NCBI GenBank assembly: GCA_965228735.1
Contig: OZ245838.1
Location: 1,376,001-1,440,000, forward strand
Source of the DNA: Planctomycetota bacterium
GTDB lineage: Bacteria; Planctomycetota; UBA1135; UBA2386
Reading direction: 5' to 3'
DNA: 64,000 nt
A program made the translations under genes and the position numbers. The notes under the pieces are model-generated. The model saw only the letters and a list, made by a program, of their open reading frames with translations, searched no databases and was not told where the DNA came from. Shown here piece by piece: positions 1 to 9,014 of this stretch. How positions within the stretch are numbered: position 1 is the stretch's first letter; every line of letters starts with the position of its first letter.

Positions 1-2
1 AG

Positions 3-341
3 TTCGACCCGACGCGCGCGGACGACGTGACGTTCGACTACTTCCGCGCGGGCTCCGGCCCCAACCCGCTCGTGTTCTTCCTCGTCGACATCGGCGGTTT
101 CGCGCCCGAGGTCCCACTGAGTAGCTTCGTGCCCGGCAGCACCGGCGTGCTCTGCGTCAGCAACAACGCGATCACGCTCGGCATCGGCGCGAGCATCGGC
201 GACGAAGCCTGGTTCACGCAGACGTTCCCGGCCGGGGCCCGCGCGTCGGCCGTCGGCCTGCCGATGGTACAGCAGGCCGTCGAGTTCGACCCGAACGCGG
301 TCGTCGGGCACGCCAGCCCGTGCGCGCGCCAGGTCTTCTAG
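3..341 (+). CDS. 3' end of a probable exported protein (truncated by window edge), ending in a C-terminal domain similar to that of 40069..41439
   Basis: Frame open from base 3 to TAG at 339-341, GC3-rich codons; C-terminal pattern parallels the 40069 ORF. Confidence 0.7.
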   Translation, partial: FDPTRADDVTFDYFRAGSGPNPLVFFLVDIGGFAPEVPLSSFVPGSTGVLCVSNNAITLGIGASIGDEAWFTQTFPAGARASAVGLPMVQQAVEFDPNAVVGHASPCARQVF

Positions 342-459
342 GCGCCCCCCCGGCTACCGGCCGCCCTGCCCGATCGGGCACGCCGGGTGGGCTCGGTGGC
401 CGGCCGCATACCCCAACCACCGACCGCACCGGCCATTCGACATGACCGCCGACTCGCGC

Positions 460-487
460 TGGACAGGCCAGGGCCGCGCGCTAGATT
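460..487 (+). promoter_or_regulatory. sigma70-like promoter (TGGACA-N16-TAGATT), probably giving a leaderless ferredoxin mRNA
   Basis: -10 box ends 7 nt before ATG 495; no SD. Confidence 0.5.
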
Positions 488-494
488 TCCTGGC

Positions 495-737
495 ATGACC
501 CACGTGATCGCCGAACCCTGCGTCAATGTGAAAGACAAGGCCTGCGTCGACGTCTGCCCCGTGGACTGCATCCACGGCAAGGACGATGACCCGCAGCTCT
601 ACATCAACCCGGACGACTGCATCGACTGCACGCTCTGCGTCGACGCGTGCCCGGTGACGGCGATCTTCGCGGAAGAGGATCTACCCGAGGAATGGAAGAA
701 CTTCACCGCGGTCAACAAGGACTACTTCGGGAGCTGA
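495..737 (+). CDS. fdxA: FdxA-type ferredoxin (7Fe/8Fe dicluster)
   Basis: MTHVIAEPC..KDKACVDVCPVDCI..LYINPDDCIDCTLCVDACPV. Confidence 0.92.
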   Translation: MTHVIAEPCVNVKDKACVDVCPVDCIHGKDDDPQLYINPDDCIDCTLCVDACPVTAIFAEEDLPEEWKNFTAVNKDYFGS

Positions 738-1774
738 GCGCGCCCCGAGAACCCCACGCGCGGTTCAGCCGCCAGGTGCGCGTCGCCGGGATCGGGGACG
801 CGGGCCAGGAGCGGATCGCGAACGCGACCGTTCTGATCGTCGGGATCGGTGCCCTTGGCACCCACACGGCCGAGGCGCTCTGTCGCGCCGGTGTCGGCCG
901 CCTGCTGCTCGTCGACCGCGACATCGTCGAGCTCAGCAACCTGCAGCGCCAGACGCTGTTCGACGAACGCGACGCCGAGGACGGCACGCCGAAGGCAACG
1001 GCGGCCGCCGCCCGCCTGCGCACCGTGCACTCCGGCTGCGCGATCGAGGCGATCGTCGACGACTGCTCGGCCGAGCTCCTACAGCACCTGTCAGCGCGGC
1101 CGGACCTCGTGCTCGACGGGACCGACAACTTCCCGACCCGCTACCTGCTCAACGACTGGTGCGCCGAGCAGGGGATCCCGTGGATCTACGCGGGCGCCGT
1201 CGGCACCGAGGGCGCCGCGATGGTCGTGCAACCGGCCGGCCCGTGCCTGCGCTGCCTGTGGCCCGACCCGCCGCAGGGCAGCGACGTCGGCAACTGCGAG
1301 ACGGCGGGCATCCTCGCGCCCGCGATCGCCGCGGTCACGGCGTTCCAGGTTGCCGAGGCGATCAAGTTGCTGTCCGGCAACAAGGACGCGGTGAGCAGCG
1401 GCGTGTTCACGTGTGACGTGTGGCGCGGCAGCTACCAACGCCAGGAGCTCGCGGCCGGACCTGCACCCGACTGTCCGGTGTGTTCACGCCGCGAGTTCCC
1501 CGCCCTCACGGCCGCGCCGAACACCGCCGTCACGCTCTGCGGTCGCGACGCCGTGCAGGTCGATCCGCCGCGCGCCGTGCCCGTCGATCTCGGCAAGCTC
1601 GCGGTGCGACTCGGCGACGCGGTCTCCGGCCTGCAGCGCACCACGCACCTGCTGCGCTTCGAGGTCGACGGCTGCCGGTTCAGCGTCTTCCCGGGCGGTC
1701 GCGCGCTGCTCTTCGGCGTGCGCGATCCGCTGCGGGCCCGCGCGCTGTACGATCGCTGGGTCGGCGTCTCATGA
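734..1774 (+). CDS. ThiF/MoeB family adenylyltransferase (E1-like)
   Basis: RFSRQ, GIGALG, DRDIVELSNLQRQ, DGTDNF, CLRC, NCETAG, CPVC, C-terminal LCGRDAVQ. Start uncertain: CTG overlapping the fdx stop is assumed. Confidence 0.88.
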   Translation: MSAPREPHARFSRQVRVAGIGDAGQERIANATVLIVGIGALGTHTAEALCRAGVGRLLLVDRDIVELSNLQRQTLFDERDAEDGTPKATAAAARLRTVHSGCAIEAIVDDCSAELLQHLSARPDLVLDGTDNFPTRYLLNDWCAEQGIPWIYAGAVGTEGAAMVVQPAGPCLRCLWPDPPQGSDVGNCETAGILAPAIAAVTAFQVAEAIKLLSGNKDAVSSGVFTCDVWRGSYQRQELAAGPAPDCPVCSRREFPALTAAPNTAVTLCGRDAVQVDPPRAVPVDLGKLAVRLGDAVSGLQRTTHLLRFEVDGCRFSVFPGGRALLFGVRDPLRARALYDRWVGVS

Positions 1775-1815
1775 ACCCGGCGACCGCTCACCCTGGCGAA
1801 GGATCGACCTCTTGA

Positions 1816-2937
1816 ATGATCTATCTGGATAGCGCGGCCACGAGCTACCCGAAGCCGCCCGCGGTGCGAGCGGCCGTTCTCGAGTGGTACGACGACTACG
1901 GTGTGAGCGCCGACCGCGGCGACTCGACCCGTTCGATCGAGGTCGGCATGCGCGTCGCGATGGCGCGCCGCGTGCTCGGTGATCACTGCGGCGTGCCGCG
2001 GGCGAACGTCGCGTTCACGTCGGGCGCGACCGAGTCGCTCAACCTCGCGTTGCGCGCGCTGCTGCGGCCCGGCCAGCGCGTGCTCACGACGGCGTTCGAA
2101 CACAGCTCCGTCGTGCGGCCGCTGCGGGCCCTCGCCGGCGAACGCGGCCTGCAGGTCGATGTCGTCCCACCGGACGGGGACCTGGGACTCGACCCGGCGG
2201 CGATCGATGCCGCGCTGGCCGAGGCCCGGCCCGACGTCTTCGTCTTCACCCACGCGAGCAACGTCACCGGCGCGCTGTTCGACGCTGCCGCGTTCTGCGA
2301 GTCCGCCCGCAAGCACGGCGCTGTCTCGGTGATCGACGTGTCCCAGACCGCTGGCCTGTTCGCGATCGACGTCGGCGCGGATCTGGTGGCGGGCAGTTGT
2401 CACAAGGGACTGCACGGCCCACCGGGGCTCGGGTTCCTCGCGCTCCGGGCGGCGAGCGGACTCGCGCTCGCACCCCAGAAGCAGGGCGGCACCGGCAGCT
2501 CCGTCGCGCTGGCCGAGCATCCGACGGCGTGGCCGAGCGCGTTCGAGGCCGGCACGCCGAACACGCCCGCAATCTTCGGCCTGCTCGCAGCGCTCGAGTG
2601 GCTCTCGATCGAGGGCCGCGACCACCTCGCGGAGCTCGCGCTCGCCCGCACGCGCGAACTCGAGGACCAGCTTGCCGAGGTCCGCGGGTTGTCGATCGTT
2701 CCCCGCCCCGCCGGCCCGCGCACGCCGGTCGTCAGCGTCGTGCACGAAGCGCTCGACCCGGCGGAGCTCGGCGCGATCCTCGCCGCGCAGGACGTCCACG
2801 CTCGCTCGGGCCACCACTGCGCGCCATGGATCCACGAGCACCTCGGGACCGCGGCCGCGGGCACCCTGCGACTCTCACCCGGCCCCGACGTCAGCGCAGC
2901 CGATATTGCGGCGGTAGTGGCAGCCTTGGCGTGCTGA
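1816..2937 (+). CDS. Aminotransferase class V, cysteine desulfurase/selenocysteine lyase family
   Basis: MIYLDSAATSYPKP, FTSGATESLN, EHSSV, HASNVTG, SCHKGLHGPPG (PLP Lys), RSGHHCAP (catalytic Cys). Confidence 0.9.
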   Translation: MIYLDSAATSYPKPPAVRAAVLEWYDDYGVSADRGDSTRSIEVGMRVAMARRVLGDHCGVPRANVAFTSGATESLNLALRALLRPGQRVLTTAFEHSSVVRPLRALAGERGLQVDVVPPDGDLGLDPAAIDAALAEARPDVFVFTHASNVTGALFDAAAFCESARKHGAVSVIDVSQTAGLFAIDVGADLVAGSCHKGLHGPPGLGFLALRAASGLALAPQKQGGTGSSVALAEHPTAWPSAFEAGTPNTPAIFGLLAALEWLSIEGRDHLAELALARTRELEDQLAEVRGLSIVPRPAGPRTPVVSVVHEALDPAELGAILAAQDVHARSGHHCAPWIHEHLGTAAAGTLRLSPGPDVSAADIAAVVAALAC

Positions 2938-4447
2938 AGTGCTCGTAGAGCGCGATCGCCACGAGGTAGAACTTGCTCGACGGCCCGATGCCGGTCGGCC
3001 GGTAGCGATTCTCGTAGTCGATCTCGGCGACGAACTTGGTGCCCTCGTTCCCGCCGACGAGCAGCATGTCGCGCACGAGCAGCCGCTCCGCTTCGTAGAG
3101 CCCGAGACCGGGGTGGCTCCCCCAGCGCCAGAGCGCTTCTTCGAGCGCCTGCTTCGCCGCCGCGCGCGGCAACCGGCCATCCGCGGCCAGCGTCGCCATC
3201 GCGGCAAGCGTGAGGTCCGCGCAGAGCATCGGCGTCGCTTCGAGTCCGGCAGCCCAACGGACGAAGAACCACTCGGGCAGCTCGCGGATCTGCACATCGG
3301 GGATCGCTGTCACGTCGTCGTGGAGCAGGCGCCATGCGAGGGCGATCGCGATCTCCCGGTTGACGCGGGAGTCCGTGGCCCAGATCGCGTGGTCGTCGAC
3401 GATCCGCCGCGGATCACCGCGCGACAGCACGTAGGAGACGGCGAGTCGCTGCGGGCGCTGGTCACGCGGGTGCGGCGCGGGCTCCAGCCACTTCCTGACC
3501 TTGACGGCCGACCGGCGGTTGCTCGCGAGCAGTTCGAGCAACTCGTACTGCGGCCGAGGGCCGCTGTCGCTCACGTCGTCCCGCGCCGACCGCAACAACG
3601 CCGCCGCCTGCCGTGCGGCCGCATACTTCACGCCACTGAGGCCGGCCACCTGCTGCGCCTTCGCGAGCAGCTGAGGCGCGATCTTGCGGCTGTCCTCGGT
3701 GAGGCGCGCGCCGTACAGCATGGCCCCGCGCCAGAACAGGTCGTCGTGGTCCTTCGGATCGCGCAGGTTGAAGCGCCGATTCCAGATCGACTGCGGCACG
3801 GGCAATCCCGCATACGCCGTCGCGCCCGCGAGCCCCGGATCGTCGTCGGTGAGCACGGGCGCGCCGGGCGCCGACGCGCTGCCGGGAATCCGGGCAGCCG
3901 CGAGCCGAGCAGCGATGTCGAGTATCTGGACAGGTGACCTCGTCGGGCCGATGCTGCGGGACCAGAAGTTGGCCACCCCGCGCTGCCGCGGCGGCCCGAG
4001 CGCCAACGCCAACGCGGCCATCGTGCGTTCTTCCTTGATCGCCTTCTGCTGGCCGAGCCACGCGAACAACCGCTCGTCCTCGGCCTCCCCGCCCGCGAGG
4101 ATCGCGGCGCCGAGCAGAGCATTGCGGCGCCGCACGTTCGACTGCTCGGCAGCCAGCATGTCCCACAGCATCGGCGTTGCGGCTCGCCCGAGATCCGCGG
4201 CGAGCCCGAAGCCGGCCGCGTAGTCGAACTCCGCCGACGTCAGCCAGAGGCGCAACCGACCGTCGAACGGAGCGCTCGCCGGCCTCAGCCAACCCGGCCC
4301 CGCGATGCCATCGGCGCCCTGAACCTGAGCTCGAACGAGTTGAGGCCAGGCGAGACAACAGCCGATACACCAGATCGCGGGGAACGGGAGCCGCGCAGCC
4401 TTCCTGCGCCTGACTCGTTGGTCCGATCGATACGCGTGCCGTCGCAT
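2891..4447 (-). CDS. Hypothetical exported alpha-helical (HEAT-like) protein
   Basis: Long ORF with GC3 bias; basic/hydrophobic signal-like N-terminus ending VRAQ; start uncertain. Confidence 0.6.
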   Translation of the reverse strand: MRRHAYRSDQRVRRRKAARLPFPAIWCIGCCLAWPQLVRAQVQGADGIAGPGWLRPASAPFDGRLRLWLTSAEFDYAAGFGLAADLGRAATPMLWDMLAAEQSNVRRRNALLGAAILAGGEAEDERLFAWLGQQKAIKEERTMAALALALGPPRQRGVANFWSRSIGPTRSPVQILDIAARLAAARIPGSASAPGAPVLTDDDPGLAGATAYAGLPVPQSIWNRRFNLRDPKDHDDLFWRGAMLYGARLTEDSRKIAPQLLAKAQQVAGLSGVKYAAARQAAALLRSARDDVSDSGPRPQYELLELLASNRRSAVKVRKWLEPAPHPRDQRPQRLAVSYVLSRGDPRRIVDDHAIWATDSRVNREIAIALAWRLLHDDVTAIPDVQIRELPEWFFVRWAAGLEATPMLCADLTLAAMATLAADGRLPRAAAKQALEEALWRWGSHPGLGLYEAERLLVRDMLLVGGNEGTKFVAEIDYENRYRPTGIGPSSKFYLVAIALYEHFSTPRLPLPPQYRLR

Positions 4448-7400
4448 GAGTGAATCTGGCAACATCCTGGACAACGAGGAAGTCGACTTCCTGCTCGAGG
4501 GGGAAGAGCAGAACAAGCACGACGCCTCGCCGCAGCCGTCAGAAGGAACGGAACAGGCCGTCACGATGCGTGGCGACCTCGACCAGATCAACCTGTCGGA
4601 CATCTTCCAGACGCTGTCGATGACCAAGATGGAGGGGGTCCTCCGCATCCACAACCCCCTCGAGCAGCGCCAGGTCTACTGCAAGGACGGCTTCCTCCGG
4701 ATCCTGACCCCGCCGCGGGTCATCCAGCGTCGCATCGGCCAACGCCTCGTCGCCGCCAACCTGATCACGACCGAGCAGTTGCGCTCCGCGCTCATGCGCC
4801 AGCGCAAGGAACGGCTCCCGATCGGCCAGATCCTCGTCGCCGACGGCATCATCACGAATGACCAGATCGAAGATGTCGCGAGCGTGCAGGTCGCCGAAGA
4901 CCTGTTCGCGATCTTCACCTGGAATCATGGCGCGTTCGAGTTCTACCGCGGGCCGGTCGAGGATCCGGAACTGCGGGAGAACTTCCGCGACTGCCCCGAA
5001 TTCGAGATCAGCAGTCTGCTGCTCGAAGTGGCGCGTCGCTCCGACGAGTGGGAGACGATCCTCGAATCGATCGGCAACCTCGATGAGCTCCCGATCGCCA
5101 CGACCGATGAGCCGCCGCGCGAACTGGGCGAACTCGAGTTCGTCCTGTTCCGCAACGCGGACGGTCGCCGGAGATATCGTCATCTGGCGGAGCAGTCGAC
5201 CCAGAGTCTGTTCGAGGCCGCTCGGGTCGCCCGCGACCTCGTTCGAGAAGGCCTGATCGTCAACCTCTCCGACGAGCAGATGATCGAGGCGGCGGCCGCC
5301 TTCACCGACGAGGGCACCACGAAACAGGCCGTCATCGTGCTGCAGACGCTGCGCGATCGTGACCACGACCTGGATATCGAGATCGTCCGCGGCATGGCGC
5401 ACGTTCTCGAACGCGCCGGCGAGAGGAAGCTCGCCGGCCTGACCTTGCTCGAGGTCGCCGAACGCCAGACCAACCCCGAGGCGACGCTCGAGTTCGCGCG
5501 CGAAGCAGCGGACTTCGCCCCGCACGACCCGGCGACGCTGCGGTTCCTGCGGCAATCCCTGCTGCAGCTCGAACCGCACGACAACCCCGAGGTCGAGGAG
5601 GTCACGGGCAAGCTCATCGACTCGATGCTCGCCGACGACCTGATCGACGAGGCGCTCGCGATCATCGAAGAGGCCCGCTTCGAGACGACTCCGGGCCCAG
5701 CACTCTTGCTGCGGGAGGCGCGGGTCCAGCAGCGACTCGGCAACGCGGCCGGCGCGATCACCGCGTTCGAGGAGGTCGCCGAGCTCTTCCGCGAGCAAGG
5801 CGACGTGCCGCGCGTTCGCGAGGCGCTCGAGCAGATCCTCCGGCTCGACCGTCGCCGCAAGGACGTCGCGCGCCAGCTCAAGCGCCTCAGTCGCTCGAAG
5901 ACCACGCAGGCCATCCGGATTGCGGCGATCACGATCGTGCTGGTGCTCGCGGGTTCGATGGGTCTGGTGATCTGGCAGCAGGACCGCTTCGAATCCGCGG
6001 TCCGCGAGGCCGGCAACGAGATCAGCGCCCTGATCGCGGCGGGTGATCGCAACAAGGCGCGCGAGCGCCTCGTGCACTGGGCTCATCAGCTCGGCGAATG
6101 CCCGGAAGCCGACGACCTCCGCCGCCAGGTCGAGTTCGCCGACGCCGCCGAGCTGCAGCGCCAGGCCCGCGCGGAGCGCGAACGGACGAACGAGCGACTC
6201 GTCACGGCCGCCGAGATGCTCGACAAGGGGCAGCTGCGTTCCGCGCTCGTCGTCTACGACGACCTCCGGAGCAAGGAGGCCAACCAGGCGGAGATCGAAT
6301 CCGTCGTGAACACGCGCCTCAAGGCCCTGCTCGCGGACATCGACTCGGCAGCGAAGATCATGGCGACGCGCCTGCCCGAGGAGCCCAACCGGCTCATGCA
6401 TCGACGCCAGCTCGTCGACAATCTGGCCGACATCAAGACGGTATGCCAGCCGGCGCTCTACGTGCTCGTGGACGACCTGCTCAACCTGCACGACGGCAAG
6501 GAGCTGCCGGCCTACCTCGCGCCCGATCTCCGCGCCGACGTCGACACCCTGATCGAACGGCACCGCGCGACGTTCGAGCGCGCCCGCGACCTGCTCGCCG
6601 CCTACACGCGCGCCGTGGAGAAGAGCGACCGGCAACGCGAGTACGATCCGGTGTTCAAGAAGGCCCTCGACTGCGAGGAAGCCCACGATTTCGCGGGAGC
6701 ACTGGAGCTGTTCCAGGAGCTGCAGAAGTCCGAGGTCGACGATCCGGCGCTGCGCGCGCTCTTCCGCGACCACGTCACGCGGAACGCGACGATCGTCAAG
6801 CTCATGGGCGAGCTCGGCAACGCGACGGGCAGCGGCAACTACGCCACGGCGCTCCAGCAGCTCAAGGCGCTGAAGCTCGCCTTCGAGGACGTCCCGTTCG
6901 AGAAGCTCGTCCGGCTGCCGCTCAAGATCGAATCCGACCCGGTCGGCGCGGCAGTGCACTGCAACGGCGCGGAGATCGGCAAGACCCCGTGCATCGTCGC
7001 GTTCATCCCGGCCGAGGAGAACCGCTTCCGGATCGCGCTCGATGGCTTCGAGGCCCGCGACTTCGAGCTCGTGGACCACGAGTCCCTGGCCGGCCAGCTC
7101 GGCGTGCAGCTCGTGTTCGCACCGGCGCACTCGATGGCGCACGGCAATTCGGTCGACAAGCCGCCGCTCACGTTGAACGACGGCACGCTGGTCTTCACGG
7201 ACCGCGGCGGCAACGCGTTCGCCATGAAGCCGGGCGCGACCGAACCGCACTGGACCTTCAAGTCGGGCGACCTCTCGGGCCTGCTGTCGCGGCCCTTCGG
7301 CATCGGCGGGAACGTCGTGTTCGCGTCGCTCGACGGCAAGCTGCGCTGCGTCGATGGCAAGACCGGGGTCGAGATCTGGTCGTTGCCCGACCTGCCCACG

Positions 7401-8075
7401 GAGGTCGAGCCCGTGCAGTTCGACACCTACCTCGTCGCGGCTACCACCACGGGCCGCCTCGTCGTGACCGACCTGGAGCAGCAGGAGCAACGCTACATCG
7501 ACCTGCCGGACAGCGATCGCGTTCGCCTGCTGCGCGCCGGTTCTCGACTCGTGGTCGTGACCAGGACGTCGATCTCGGCACACAAGATGCCGAGCCTCAA
7601 GCTGCAGTGGAGTGCGCCGTTCGACAACCTGACCGATCTGCACGTCGCCGCGGCCGACGACGTCATCATCGCGGTCGACAGCGGCGACACGATCCGCGCG
7701 CTCGCGCCGCTGACCGGCGACGAACTCTGGCGCGGCGTGGCCGACTCGCCACCGATCGCGTCGCCGATGATCGCCGGGCGGCGCGCGCTGTTCGTGTCCG
7801 AACGCGAGGTCCTGAGCGTCGCGGCGCTCGACGGCAGCCAACGCCGGGTCATGAAGGCCGAGCACGACGGCTGGAAGGGCATCCCCGGCCTGGCCGGCGA
7901 CCGCCTGCTGCTGCGCACCATCCGGGGCGACATCGAGGCCTACGCCCTCGGCAGCGGCCGCCGGCAGTACGTCCTGGACGGCGACGAGCGCGGCACCTGC
8001 ATCCTGCCGTGGCGGACGGGGATCATCGTCGCGGTCGGCGGCCGTGATCTGCGGTTCTTCCCCAAGCTCCGCTGA
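4446..8075 (+). CDS. Multidomain membrane protein: DUF4388 + MshEN-like + TPR + TM + PEGA + PQQ-like beta-propeller
   Basis: MRGDLDQINLSDIFQTLSMTKMEGVL and IFTWNHGAFEF..LLLEVARRSDEW (DUF4388); RIGQRLV..LITTEQLRSALMRQ; TM IAAITIVLVLAGSMGLVIW; IESDPVGAAVHCNGAEIGKTP (PEGA); repeated 'TG.ELW' blades. Confidence 0.85.
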   Translation: MSESGNILDNEEVDFLLEGEEQNKHDASPQPSEGTEQAVTMRGDLDQINLSDIFQTLSMTKMEGVLRIHNPLEQRQVYCKDGFLRILTPPRVIQRRIGQRLVAANLITTEQLRSALMRQRKERLPIGQILVADGIITNDQIEDVASVQVAEDLFAIFTWNHGAFEFYRGPVEDPELRENFRDCPEFEISSLLLEVARRSDEWETILESIGNLDELPIATTDEPPRELGELEFVLFRNADGRRRYRHLAEQSTQSLFEAARVARDLVREGLIVNLSDEQMIEAAAAFTDEGTTKQAVIVLQTLRDRDHDLDIEIVRGMAHVLERAGERKLAGLTLLEVAERQTNPEATLEFAREAADFAPHDPATLRFLRQSLLQLEPHDNPEVEEVTGKLIDSMLADDLIDEALAIIEEARFETTPGPALLLREARVQQRLGNAAGAITAFEEVAELFREQGDVPRVREALEQILRLDRRRKDVARQLKRLSRSKTTQAIRIAAITIVLVLAGSMGLVIWQQDRFESAVREAGNEISALIAAGDRNKARERLVHWAHQLGECPEADDLRRQVEFADAAELQRQARAERERTNERLVTAAEMLDKGQLRSALVVYDDLRSKEANQAEIESVVNTRLKALLADIDSAAKIMATRLPEEPNRLMHRRQLVDNLADIKTVCQPALYVLVDDLLNLHDGKELPAYLAPDLRADVDTLIERHRATFERARDLLAAYTRAVEKSDRQREYDPVFKKALDCEEAHDFAGALELFQELQKSEVDDPALRALFRDHVTRNATIVKLMGELGNATGSGNYATALQQLKALKLAFEDVPFEKLVRLPLKIESDPVGAAVHCNGAEIGKTPCIVAFIPAEENRFRIALDGFEARDFELVDHESLAGQLGVQLVFAPAHSMAHGNSVDKPPLTLNDGTLVFTDRGGNAFAMKPGATEPHWTFKSGDLSGLLSRPFGIGGNVVFASLDGKLRCVDGKTGVEIWSLPDLPTEVEPVQFDTYLVAATTTGRLVVTDLEQQEQRYIDLPDSDRVRLLRAGSRLVVVTRTSISAHKMPSLKLQWSAPFDNLTDLHVAAADDVIIAVDSGDTIRALAPLTGDELWRGVADSPPIASPMIAGRRALFVSEREVLSVAALDGSQRRVMKAEHDGWKGIPGLAGDRLLLRTIRGDIEAYALGSGRRQYVLDGDERGTCILPWRTGIIVAVGGRDLRFFPKLR

Positions 8076-8400
8076 GCCACCCGACCGTCGTCGGACCGAC
8101 AGGACGGGTGTCGGATTCACGCCACCCGTCGCCGTGCGATGCCATGCACCGAAACATCGCCATGGCAGCGGCGTAACGCGCGACGAGCGCGCCGATGGCA
8201 CCGCCGCGTCGCCGACGAACCGTCGGATCCGACGCACCGCGGGCTCCTTGCAGGCCGGGCGCAGACCGCCGTTCCGGGCCGGTCTCATTCCGGGACCGCA
8301 GCGTCGCCCAACGCCGTGTCGGCGATGCCAACGCCCGATCGAGGACACCGCGCGCACTCGGATCCGAATCGCAGAGTTTCGCGATTTCCCCTGCAACAAA

Positions 8401-8416
8401 CGGCATGCGCCTTGCT
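8401..8416 (+). promoter_or_regulatory. sigma54 (-24/-12) promoter of the PEP-CTERM gene
   Basis: CGGCATGCGCCTTGCT has exact GG-N10-GC spacing, ~40 nt upstream of ATG 8457. Confidence 0.7.
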
Positions 8417-8456
8417 TGTAGAGTTTCGTGGCTCGCCTGAGCCCGACTTCGTGACC

Positions 8457-8876
8457 ATGCACAAGAAACTATTGCTACCCCTGTTGTTGATCCTGCCGAT
8501 CGCGGCCTGCGCGAAGAGCAACGGCACCCTCGCCGCTGTCGACGATGGCCCTGCGGCACCGATCAATGATCCGGATACGCGCGTGATCGAGCCGTCCGGC
8601 GGCAACCCGATCGAGCCGGGTTCGAACGAGACCCCGGGCGGCGTTCCGGGTTCGAACAACGGCAGCACTGGCGGCGCGTCGACGAGCACGAGCTCCCCGG
8701 GCGGACCGGGCAGCCCCGGCGGCAACGGTTCGCAACCCGGCAACAACGACCCGGGCGGCAACAGCGGCTCGAACGCCGGCTCGCCGGTGCCCGAACCCGG
8801 CACTCTGATCCTGTTCGGCAGCGGCATCGCCGGCCTCGCCGGCTTCTCGATGCGCCGCCGTCGCCGCGAAGACTGA
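8457..8876 (+). CDS. PEP-CTERM sorting domain protein with N-terminal lipoprotein signal
   Basis: MHKKLLLPLLLILPIAA-C lipobox; G/S/N/P low-complexity body; VPEPGTLILFGSGIAGLAGFSMRRRRRED. Confidence 0.9.
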   Translation: MHKKLLLPLLLILPIAACAKSNGTLAAVDDGPAAPINDPDTRVIEPSGGNPIEPGSNETPGGVPGSNNGSTGGASTSTSSPGGPGSPGGNGSQPGNNDPGGNSGSNAGSPVPEPGTLILFGSGIAGLAGFSMRRRRRED

Positions 8877-9014
8877 AACCGCGGCGGCCGGTCCGCCGCC
8901 CCCGGTCCAACGCGACCGACACCGCCGGCCGCGCCATGGGCGGCTGCTCCATCAGGGCGCGACTCTCCCCCGCTCCGACTGGTGGCGACGTCGATTTCCG
9001 GGTTTGATCGCGCC

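Noticed and set aside
4539..8462. Very long antisense ORFs (also 26848..30087 +, 31806..34580 +, 34424..38737 +, 45105..47978 -, 50580..53792 +)
   Set aside because: Shadow frames of real high-GC genes on the opposite strand; no family motifs, Arg/Ala/Val-rich composition
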